From an uncultured bacterium (GTDB taxonomy: Bacteria > Patescibacteriota > Saccharimonadia > Saccharimonadales > 2-12-FULL-41-12), in contig CAWIAU010000001.1 in assembly GCA_963834265.1 (NCBI GenBank), forward strand, positions 652,346-716,345: a DNA stretch of 64,000 nt, given 5' to 3'. A program made the position numbers and the translations under genes. Of this stretch, positions 1 through 7,799 are shown piece by piece. How positions within the stretch are numbered: the first letter of the stretch is position 1; each line of letters starts with the position of its first letter. Below the pieces are notes generated by a model, which worked only from the letters and a program-made list of their open reading frames with translations, did no database searches and was not told the DNA's origin.

Positions 1-574
1 CTATAAATTCGGCATTGCCTACATTTCCCTCGGCAATCGCAATTGGGGTTCGCAGTTCATGGCTGACGACACTTATGAATTCATCACGTTCTTCTTCCAA
101 TGATTTTTCATGTGTTATGTCGCGCAAAAGCATGACAAATCCCTGCTGACCGCCTTTGCCGTAGCCAAGACTTACCGGAGCGATACTGATGTACAGATTG
201 ATAGTGCTCTCATCCGGATAGACTAATCGCAAGTCACGGCTGGTTTTTTGAGAACGGGCTTCCAGTACATAGCTTTTTAAGTCAATGGCCTGATTATTTT
301 TGTCTATAATCCTGCAGATGCTGTTTATGTTTTTGCCCTCCAAGGAGGAATTGATGTCCAGAATATTCAGCGCGGCACCATTATATATAGCGATCCGACC
401 GGTTTTATCAGTGGCCAGTACTCCGTCAGCCATGCTATTGATAAGACTTGTCAGTTGTTCATGACTTAAGTCCGCATTATTTGCGGTTGGTTTAATACTA
501 TCGGATTTTTTGGTTTGTTTCAGACCAGCCCGTTTTGATGTCTGTTTGGGCGGAGCGTTCTTTTTAATTGTCAT
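1..574 (-). CDS. sensor histidine kinase, N-terminal part (PAS-like domain + HisKA H-box); C-terminal part lies beyond the window edge
   Basis: My own minus-strand translation from ATG at 574: MTIKKNAPPKQ...SMADGVLATDKTGRIAIYNGAALNIL...ERDEFISVVSHELRTPIAIAEG. The ORF is open to position 1 and is absent from the supplied track because it runs off the window. Confidence 0.8.
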   Translation of the reverse strand, partial: MTIKKNAPPKQTSKRAGLKQTKKSDSIKPTANNADLSHEQLTSLINSMADGVLATDKTGRIAIYNGAALNILDINSSLEGKNINSICRIIDKNNQAIDLKSYVLEARSQKTSRDLRLVYPDESTINLYISIAPVSLGYGKGGQQGFVMLLRDITHEKSLEEERDEFISVVSHELRTPIAIAEGNVGNAEFI

Positions 575-603
575 AGTTTTATATTATGCCACACCTCTTA
601 TGG

Positions 604-1311
604 TTACTGTGTATCGTAGAGTCGCGGTTGATACGGGCGAAGCTTTTTCCTGAGTTCTTTGTAGTCAGGACATACAGCTTCAAGTCCCTGCCAGAACACC
701 GGACCATGATACAGATGCTTCGTATGATTGAGCTCGTGGAGCAGAACGTAATCTATTATTTCCCAGGGCATTTGTATAAGGTAGAGGTTCAGGACAATAT
801 CATGACTGTGATTACAGCTTCCCCAGCGAGCTTTGAGCTGCTTTACAGAGCACGATTTATAGGCGAAGTTATGCTGGTCAGCCAGCTGTCTGAGTCTTGG
901 TAATAACAGCTCCTCAGACTGAACACGAAGTGCCCAGGCCATAGCCTTAGTGATAAATTTTTGTGAGGTTTCATCGGTAATTTCTGTAGTTTCCGACAGA
1001 CGAACTGTCAATACCGATTCGTCCAGACGCTTGCCGGATCTCGCAGACTTAACAAATTCTATATTGAGATGCAGACCCTTACCGAATATCATGTGGTTTC
1101 GCGGAATAAATCTGCGACTGCTCATCTGACTACTGAGCCATTCCTTCTTGCTTTGAACAAAATCAATTCCGGTACCTGCGCTCACCCACCACGGCAGAGT
1201 CAGACGAATAGCACCCTGGTTATCAACATTCAGCCGTATAGAGCGAAGGCCGCGTTTTCTGATGATATTAACCGGACCTACACCCTCTACATTTACTATC
1301 TTTACGGGCAT
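604..1311 (-). CDS. YgjP/DUF45-like (M48-type) zinc metallohydrolase
   Basis: HELNHTKHLYHGPVFW...PDYKELRKKL matches the HExxH...FW...PDY(K/R)xxRxWL signature of the DUF45/YgjP family. I chose the internal Met (MPVKIVN) at 1311 because the upstream gene stops at 1316; the track start 1386 would overlap it by 71 nt. Confidence 0.7.
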   Translation of the reverse strand: MPVKIVNVEGVGPVNIIRKRGLRSIRLNVDNQGAIRLTLPWWVSAGTGIDFVQSKKEWLSSQMSSRRFIPRNHMIFGKGLHLNIEFVKSARSGKRLDESVLTVRLSETTEITDETSQKFITKAMAWALRVQSEELLLPRLRQLADQHNFAYKSCSVKQLKARWGSCNHSHDIVLNLYLIQMPWEIIDYVLLHELNHTKHLYHGPVFWQGLEAVCPDYKELRKKLRPYQPRLYDTQ

Positions 1312-1315
1312 AGAA

Positions 1316-1963
1316 TTATCGGATTGAAATGTTCCGGCGTGACATGTCAACTCTTCCGCCGATTTTTTGTGGAACCAGATTAACAAGTCCTGGTTTGACT
1401 ACATTGGCTTGTCCGGCCTGAAATGAGCTGACAATTCCCAGCTCATCCAGCTTTTTCAGAACAGCCGCGCTTTGAGTGTTAAAGGTATGCTTGCCACTTA
1501 TAACTACGTATTGCTCACGGTCCGGGTTCTGTTGATAAGCCAGAGCATCAGCGAATGAATCTTCAGTATAGCTTCTGGCAAATTTGTCTTCATTTTTGCG
1601 TCTGTCCCGGTTCTGCGTACGGAAGTATGCAGTGTCCGGATCAATCTGAAGCCATACGATTAAACTGGTTATTTTGTTGGCTTTTGCCAGTTCATTCAGG
1701 GCCCGCCTCTCGCCGGCAGTTGCGGTGCTGCCGTCATAGATTACACTTAATCCGGACTGCAGGAATGTCGCCGTCATGTATTTGAGCAGTTTGTCATACT
1801 CAGGACTTTCCTGATTATCGAATACCTCTGCAGATACTTTGTCTGTCTGCAAATGTACGCTACTTACAAGCTCTGTGAAACCACGCGCAAACGTGGACTT
1901 ACCCGAGCCGGGGAACCCGTAAAGTATCAGCAACACTGGCTTGCTCGGTATAATTTTACTCAT
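1316..1963 (-). CDS. P-loop NTPase / kinase-like ATP-binding protein
   Basis: Walker A motif GFPGSGKST near the N-terminus; 215 aa. Confidence 0.65.
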   Translation of the reverse strand: MSKIIPSKPVLLILYGFPGSGKSTFARGFTELVSSVHLQTDKVSAEVFDNQESPEYDKLLKYMTATFLQSGLSVIYDGSTATAGERRALNELAKANKITSLIVWLQIDPDTAYFRTQNRDRRKNEDKFARSYTEDSFADALAYQQNPDREQYVVISGKHTFNTQSAAVLKKLDELGIVSSFQAGQANVVKPGLVNLVPQKIGGRVDMSRRNISIR

Positions 1964-2126
1964 CTTAGTCTAATTATATAGGACTTTCGCACTTTTGCAT
2001 CGATGTCAGAGTATAAATACTGGTTTCGAAAGATTTTATTGATTATAAATTGTAGCCAAAGCTACTATTTGTGATCCATGGAAGCTTGCAGTTCAGTATT
2101 TTTGATCTGGGGCGGTTCAAAAGTGT

Positions 2127-2337
2127 GATAGTCCTGTATATAGCAGATTACGCCATAAGTTGAAAGGATCGGACTATATAACCTGGCCTCAAAATCCTTC
2201 AAAATGGGGTGGCAAATGGCGGGGCAGCACCCGCTTAAGCGCGCAGTCAGCAGACGAGCACAAAAACGGGGCGGACCGTTTGATCGTGACCCCGGCTATA
2301 ATTCAGGTTTTGAAAATCAGGTTATATATTATTATCA
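2127..2337 (+). ncRNA. candidate structured RNA (~210 nt), unclassified; carries RNase P RNA-like motifs in the canonical order
   Basis: GC-rich island in an AT-rich, non-coding gap. Local hairpins: GCGGG-GCAGCA-CCCGC, CGGGG...CCCCG, AAGGAU...AUCCUU. Possible closing helix between 2128-2145 and 2316-2336. Motifs GAAAGGAUCGGACU, CUUAAGCGCGCAG, GAGCACAAAAACGGGG and GUGACCCCGGCUAUAA resemble CR-I, CR-II, CR-III and CR-V of bacterial RNase P RNA, but the element is only about half the normal length. Confidence 0.35.
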
Positions 2338-2584
2338 GCGCAGAACGATATGTGTTTTGTTACTCGTATTCGGACCTGCATCCGTAGTATGGGTTACTGT
2401 TTTGCGAGGTAATAAATTAGTACTGAAGATAGGTTGATAAGTTTTTTTGTGCTTTTTTATTGATATTTTATCCAGAAACGGAAAGATAAATATCGTAACT
2501 TTCTTTAGTGAAGACTGACGCGCGGGTAATATAACTTTGTTATTTGAGCTGAAAAGTATTCCCTGCAAATGGTCGTCGCGCATA

Positions 2585-3343
2585 TTATTTGATCTCCATA
2601 GCAGGGCGGAAGCTGTTATCACCCAGCAAACTTGTGGTGTCATCAAGCACATAACGATACTGATTATCGATAAAACCTGCACACACAACCTGATTTTTAT
2701 CAATGGTATTACTTGCCGGCAGTAAACTCCATTGATCTACGTCAACAGGAGTATTTTGCATAAGTGTATAGAGACCGTAATCGCGTATATTCAGGCCGCG
2801 CATATTGTAGCCACTGATCATATATTGTTTTTTATCTATAAAATTTTTGTAGTTGCTGACAGGCAGGCCATCGCGTTTTTTATAAACCATCAGTAGTTTC
2901 CATTGCTTTTGAGCTGATAAAGCAGGCATGTCCGGGCTATCAAAACCCTGATGTTTTTCTGTTCCGTTATTTTTTAGCGGAAATGCTATTTTAGCGGTCG
3001 GAGGACTCAGGAAAAACTCGTAATCATTAATGTCTGTTCCGTTGCTCTCCAAATTTGAAAGAATAGCATTGGCGGAAGTTAGTTTAGCTTGCAATGATTT
3101 AAAGGCAGGAACAGTTACAGCATATTTCATCCATGCAGCTCGCAGGATTTCGTATTGTTCGCGTTCCCGTGTAGTCGTGGCATGAACCGTAGTGTCGGAT
3201 TTAGTGGATTGAATGAAGGTTTTGCTTTGATCAGTGGAGTTGGCAATTGAACTACGCTCAGCATAAAGCACACTAAGCTCCTGATGCAGTTTACTGATCT
3301 GCTCGTCGAGCGCTATGACTTCTTTGAAATTTGTTAGTAACAT
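2585..3343 (-). CDS. hypothetical protein (252 aa)
   Basis: Long ORF with an N-terminal coiled-coil-like segment; I recognise no motif. Confidence 0.55.
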   Translation of the reverse strand: MLLTNFKEVIALDEQISKLHQELSVLYAERSSIANSTDQSKTFIQSTKSDTTVHATTTREREQYEILRAAWMKYAVTVPAFKSLQAKLTSANAILSNLESNGTDINDYEFFLSPPTAKIAFPLKNNGTEKHQGFDSPDMPALSAQKQWKLLMVYKKRDGLPVSNYKNFIDKKQYMISGYNMRGLNIRDYGLYTLMQNTPVDVDQWSLLPASNTIDKNQVVCAGFIDNQYRYVLDDTTSLLGDNSFRPAMEIK

Positions 3344-3470
3344 TTTTTCATTATGCCTTGATTATCGTTAATAATGTAGCACTTCTGTGTGCGTTTGTCA
3401 AGTCTGTAGCATAAGAAGCATTCATCAACATGCTTAAATCTGTTACAATAACCGCGTTACTGCCAAATAT

Positions 3471-3545
3471 AGGGGCATAGTACAACGGTTAGTATAAAGG
3501 TCTCCAAAACCTTAGATCGTGGTTCGATTCCACGTGCCCCTGCCA
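3471..3545 (+). tRNA. tRNA-Trp (anticodon CCA), CCA-encoded, discriminator G
   Basis: Cloverleaf read by hand. Acceptor AGGGGCA/TGCCCCT, anticodon stem AAGGT/ACCTT (A-T, A-T, G-C, G-C, T-A) with 7-nt loop CTCCAAA (anticodon CCA), T arm GTGGTTCGATTCCAC, 3' GCCA. Confidence 0.95.
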
Positions 3546-3628
3546 GGAATAAAGAATCTGCCACTGGTTAGATACTTATTCCTGCCGGTACGTGTGTTTC
3601 GAATCGCGATCTGCAAGCAAAGCGAGCA

Positions 3629-3720
3629 TAGATCGTGGGCTCGATAATCAAAAGCACGCGCAGAAGCTTGCTTCGAGCATGACTGAAGAATATACCTTAG
3701 TATTCCACGTGCCCCTGCCA
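3629..3720 (+). repeat. degenerate second copy of the tRNA-Trp 3' half (att-like scar)
   Basis: 3702-3720 (attccacgtgcccctgcca) is identical to tRNA positions 3527-3545. 3629-3645 (tagatcgtgggctcgat) resembles the T-arm 5' part (tagatcgtggttcgat). ccttag precedes both copies. Confidence 0.7.
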
Positions 3721-3766
3721 AACAAGACAAAGTACTAATTCTGTCCTACCACCATCCCCGTTACTT

Positions 3767-4155
3767 GTGATCGTTTTGCTAGCTATTAACCTGTCTAAAC
3801 CCGAGCGCTCAGTAGCAAGTTTTTGTAAGGAATATAAGCAACAACTAGATCAGCTACCTGCCTCAAAAGGTGATGGCTACAAGGTTGAAGTATTCCCCGG
3901 CAAGTCCACTGGAGACGCCAAAGTATTTAAGAATGCTTTTAATGCCCTGGAGAGTGTTGCCCCCAAAGATATAAAACCCGATGTTATAACTCTAAGGAAA
4001 GTCTTTGAATCCATAGTCGAAGACCCGGCAAACGCAGTCAACGCAAGCCTAATGAAAAATATGCGGCCGCTTACGCCGATGATCTTATCATGCGTTTATT
4101 GGAAGAGTTCCCTGACTCGACTTATTGGCTGTCTACAGCACTGCTGGAAGGGTGA
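3767..4155 (+). pseudogene. hypothetical protein with a frameshift at an A5 run (4055-4059)
   Basis: The track ORF 3767..4411 turns Cys/Trp-rich and implausible after ...NASLMKN. The -1 frame reads a clean EKYAAAYADDLIMRLLEEFPDSTYWLSTALLEG* ending at 4155. One extra A would join the two parts. Confidence 0.45.
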
Positions 4156-4171
4156 AAACCGGACAAAACAA

Positions 4172-4411
4172 GTGCTATCCGGCGCACTAAAACCAGAGAC
4201 ATTAGAATTACTAGATCAAATCAAGCCAACTGAGTGGGGCGAGATGAAAACTGATGCCATAGACTTTTCTCAAAGATTTTTGTGGCTGGACGATGATCTA
4301 TGGCCAGAAGAACTGGCAGCCCTGGAAAAGCACAACGCAACCGACAATTTCATAATGATTGACCTAAACAAAAACCCAAACCAACTCAAAGACATTCTCG
4401 AAATTATATAA
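4172..4411 (+). CDS. hypothetical small protein (start uncertain: GTG 4172 or ATG 4244)
   Basis: The 3' part of track ORF 3767..4411 reads as a plausible acidic protein (LSGALKPETLELLDQIKPTEWGEMKTDAIDF...). Confidence 0.3.
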   Translation: MLSGALKPETLELLDQIKPTEWGEMKTDAIDFSQRFLWLDDDLWPEELAALEKHNATDNFIMIDLNKNPNQLKDILEII

Positions 4412-4413
4412 AA

Positions 4414-5280
4414 TTACCTTCTATTTCCCGAAGATAAAGCCTGCTGATGCTGCATAATCTCATTTAGAGTTAAATCATTGCCTTCAAAAGCTCTTAAGGC
4501 ACGAGGATCTGCAAGTCCAACCCTGAATCCTAATGCGGCAAGTTGACTAGCTCTAGTTTCAGCTGTGCGTCTAGCGCCTTTGCTAAGACCTAAGCGTCGT
4601 TTGCTCATATGAACATAAAGCATATTAAGACGAAGCAACATCATAGCAGCTTCTTTGCCTGTCATAGATACTGGTATATCTAGCATCTCATCAAAAGAGC
4701 TAAGCAATTCTTCTGATGCCTCCCTCGAAGGGCGAGGACTTTTCGGAGGTAATAAAGGAACAGGATATTCATTATCCTGAGCAGTATGATATGTCCAGCT
4801 CGATGAAAGGTAGGTCATCGTAAAGCTAGCTACGAGTCTAAGCACCGGGTGTATAGCGAAGTCCATTTGTCGCCCAGTTTGACCTCGTTCTCCAGGCGTT
4901 GTTGTTCTTAACTTCATTACGTCATGCAGTGATGCCAGCGCAAGATCGGGAGTAAATAAGGTACGATGCTCTCTTGCAAGTGTAGAGCGAGCGCCAACTG
5001 CTTCTTCCGTATGGCCACCTTGCTCAAATGCTTCGGCTGCTTCACCCGCATATGCAGCCGCTTCGGAATGATTGCCAATAGCACTCTCTACCCTAGACAT
5101 ATTCATTACAGTCGCACCGAATTCGCCACTATTACCAGCACGATCAGCCTGAAAGGCCCATTGCTGCAATTCTATAAGCTCATCAACTGGGCCACGCTCT
5201 TTCCATGGCTCAGCATCAAGGCTCCGAATGTCGTGAGCATAGCCTGATGATGGTTGAATAGAGTCGTGTGGACTTGGCAT
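4414..5280 (-). CDS. hypothetical protein (288 aa)
   Basis: Long ORF; helical-repeat-like N-terminal half; no recognised catalytic motif. Confidence 0.55.
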   Translation of the reverse strand: MPSPHDSIQPSSGYAHDIRSLDAEPWKERGPVDELIELQQWAFQADRAGNSGEFGATVMNMSRVESAIGNHSEAAAYAGEAAEAFEQGGHTEEAVGARSTLAREHRTLFTPDLALASLHDVMKLRTTTPGERGQTGRQMDFAIHPVLRLVASFTMTYLSSSWTYHTAQDNEYPVPLLPPKSPRPSREASEELLSSFDEMLDIPVSMTGKEAAMMLLRLNMLYVHMSKRRLGLSKGARRTAETRASQLAALGFRVGLADPRALRAFEGNDLTLNEIMQHQQALSSGNRR

Positions 5281-5382
5281 AATAGGTTAGCTAGAATATA
5301 TGTATTTTAACATATTCCTAAAGTATATACAATTTTGGCGTACATCATTTAAATTGGTTTTGTGATTACTGAAAAGAATTAG

Positions 5383-5577
5383 AAAATCATCGTTAATAAT
5401 TTACGTAGTATTCGCAACGACAAAAACATGACTCAACTGCAAGTCGCTGAGAAGGCTGGTATAAGCACGAATCACTATGCGCTGATTGAGCCTGCTGAAT
5501 ACAGGCCGACTGTTGAAGCTCTTGAGAAGATTTTAAAAGCACTTGGGGCTAAGTCTCGGTACGTTCTTCTTTTTTAA
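5383..5577 (+). pseudogene. XRE-family helix-turn-helix regulator remnant (no usable start codon for helix 1)
   Basis: KIIVNNLRSIRNDKNMTQLQVAEKAGISTNHYALIEPAEYRPTVEALEKILKALG is a typical HTH_3 pattern. The frame opens directly after a TAG (5380-5382), and the first ATG (5428) removes helix 1. Confidence 0.5.
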
Positions 5578-6055
5578 GAATTTCTTTTAAAACCGAAATC
5601 ATGATTAGCCGGGCATAAAAATCCACGCGCCGATCTTTTTTGAAGTGGTCGTATAAATATGCACCGATAAAAATGCCGAGCGCTGGAATAATAAAATAAG
5701 GTAATACGGGAAGGAATAAGACCGTAGGTATTATCAGCCAAACAATAGTATTTCGCTTAATATACGACTTTGAATCATCAATGTAGTATTTGAATACTTT
5801 GTAAGCTTTCGGACGAGACTTCTGATGGAGCAACAAATATGCTTTGTACGATGTAGCTGAGTCCGAGACAGACTTGAACATGTCATAGCCGAATTCATCG
5901 TCCATAAAATCGTATAAATCCAGGTATTTGTCCTTACCCTGAAACTGACGATGATAAAACAAAATCATCAAATAGCTCAGTAAGTAGCGTGATAAGCCAT
6001 ACCCAGCGTACAAACCAACAATAACCGCCAAAACCTGATACATATCTGCTATCAT
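5549..6055 (-). CDS. hypothetical membrane protein (168 aa)
   Basis: Hydrophobic segments at the N-terminus and at WLIIPTVLFLPVLPYFIIPALGIFIGAYL. Confidence 0.55.
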   Translation of the reverse strand: MIADMYQVLAVIVGLYAGYGLSRYLLSYLMILFYHRQFQGKDKYLDLYDFMDDEFGYDMFKSVSDSATSYKAYLLLHQKSRPKAYKVFKYYIDDSKSYIKRNTIVWLIIPTVLFLPVLPYFIIPALGIFIGAYLYDHFKKDRRVDFYARLIMISVLKEILKKEERTET

Positions 6056-6617
6056 ATCACCAACTCCAGCGGTTCATACCCGTAAACCTTAGATCTGTTG
6101 CGCCTGTGTTTCCGAGCTTGTCCGGCGCATTATTTCTTTACTTCTGTATTGCGACAAGATATACAAACTTCCTTCTTATACGACAGTCCTGTCAATGACT
6201 GCCAATCTGCGGTGGCGCAGGTCATTATACAAGCTGACTTTTACCCGTACTGGGCGCAGCATATTGATAGACTGCCATGCCTGAAGACGCATATCATTAC
6301 CGTGCGAGTTCGGTTTTCTGGTATTGACCAGTACTTTTTACGCCACGCTTATTAGCCTTTTTCAGCTTATTTAACATGCTTTCGGTGCGATAGTCAGGAA
6401 TGGGGGGATTCAAAGGATAACTCATGCTTAAAAGCGTTTATACTCCGTTCGAAAGACTTGTAGAAACCAACCTCATCAAATAAAATTGAATAAGGCAGTT
6501 TAGCGGCAAACATGCCCAGATCGAAACAGCTAAAACATAGCTTTTGACACTTTCAGCTGGATTGACCTCCAGAAAAGTTCGGAAGTCGGCCAGGAGCCCC
6601 TGCCAAAATTATAATTT

Positions 6618-6752
6618 ATGAACAACACGAGTAATCCGGTAGTCGAACCGGGCAAATTTACGGATGACAGCCTGTTGATTCCGACTGCTATCGGAATAGT
6701 TATTCTGTTCGTGGTATTAGTGGTTGTTATTTTGTACTCAAGACGCAGATAA
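6618..6752 (+). CDS. small single-pass membrane protein (44 aa)
   Basis: My translation: MNNTSNPVVEPGKFTDDSLLIPTAIGIVILFVVLVVVILYSRRR*. One clean TM helix followed by RRR. Below the track length cutoff. Confidence 0.35.
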   Translation: MNNTSNPVVEPGKFTDDSLLIPTAIGIVILFVVLVVVILYSRRR

Positions 6753-6904
6753 TATGCAAAAAATCATATAAAATGCGTCTGCAGGAGATGCAAACCGTCT
6801 GATTAATAACTTTTCATTATGGTAGAGCACTACTAATTAGTACTATCACTTTTCGTTAAATCCTATATAATGTAATGGCCTAATCAGACTGGAGGGCATA
6901 CAAG

Positions 6905-7762
6905 ATGGATGGTGACAATAGTGACCTTGATCAAATGGACTATCCAAAGTATGCTCCTCCGACGTCAACACCTACTACACCAGCCGTAAGACATAGAATA
7001 TTCGGCAGGACTACCACAGTTCTGGGATCAGTTGCGACCAGAACTTCGTTACGCATCAGGCAAATAGCGGCGTACGAAGTTAATATTCCTCAGCCCAGAG
7101 AAATTGTCGCCGGACTCAAACATATTATTCCCGGTACATCCCGTAACGAGAAGACTGACGCCGGTCATAATAATGACAATGAGAAAAAAGATAATAAAAA
7201 AGTTATATCAGATTCTGTTCCTCTTCAAACAATGAAAACAGGCGCTTATACCGATTCTGAAGATGAGCTTCGCAAAGGTAATAAATCTCAGCAGGATACC
7301 GGTTCTGAGCAAAAGCAACAGGATAAAATAACTACAGATGCGGAGCGTGACGATAAACTTAAAAAAATTCTGGCCGAATCCAATGAAGTACTGGCCAGTG
7401 CCAACACCGTATTTCCTTTTAGCCTGTTTCCTGACAGCGTGGTACTCGATCGCACCAAGGTTACCATTACACGTCGTAATTTTTTCTTCTCCAGCGAGGT
7501 TATGAGCATGCGTATCGACGATATCCTGAATGTTACAACAAGCGTAGGCCCTTTTCTCGGCTCTGTGACCCTGGCTGGTCGGGTTCTGAGTTCAGAAGAT
7601 CATTTTACTATAACGAACTTCTGGCGTAATGACGCGATCCATCTCAAGCACATTATACAAGGCTACATCATAGCCAGGCACAACAACATAGATTGTGAGC
7701 ATCTGGGCAAAGAAGAATTAATCGCTACTCTGACAAGACTAGGCCACGATACCGGTAATTAA
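6905..7762 (+). CDS. hypothetical protein with a C-terminal bacterial PH (bPH_2/DUF304)-like domain
   Basis: Disordered, charged N-terminal half. The C-terminal LFPDSVVLDRTKVTITRRNFFFSSEVMSMRIDDILNVTTSVGPFLGSVTL pattern resembles bPH_2 domains. Confidence 0.5.
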   Translation: MDGDNSDLDQMDYPKYAPPTSTPTTPAVRHRIFGRTTTVLGSVATRTSLRIRQIAAYEVNIPQPREIVAGLKHIIPGTSRNEKTDAGHNNDNEKKDNKKVISDSVPLQTMKTGAYTDSEDELRKGNKSQQDTGSEQKQQDKITTDAERDDKLKKILAESNEVLASANTVFPFSLFPDSVVLDRTKVTITRRNFFFSSEVMSMRIDDILNVTTSVGPFLGSVTLAGRVLSSEDHFTITNFWRNDAIHLKHIIQGYIIARHNNIDCEHLGKEELIATLTRLGHDTGN

Positions 7763-7799
7763 ATTTGTTTTAGAGATAAAATCCTCCGGCCCTAAACCG

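Noticed and set aside
2160-2437. Track ORFs 2160..2387 and 2204..2437 (75-77 aa) as protein-coding genes. Also tmRNA or SRP RNA identities for this region.
   Set aside because: The peptides are Arg/Gly/Ser-rich, overlap each other in different frames, and have no ribosome-binding site. There is no tRNA-like GGGG...CCACCA end or tag ORF for tmRNA, and no GGAA-tetraloop/AGCA helix-8 motif for SRP RNA.
6060-6560. A tyrosine-integrase remnant on the minus strand, suggested by ...SLYNDLRHRRLAVIDRT... (a DLRH-like box) near 6190-6240.
   Set aside because: Only one short motif-like string is present. The surrounding frames are broken into pieces under 45 aa, with no R...HxxR...Y pattern that I could reconstruct. 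This cannot be supported without an HMM search.
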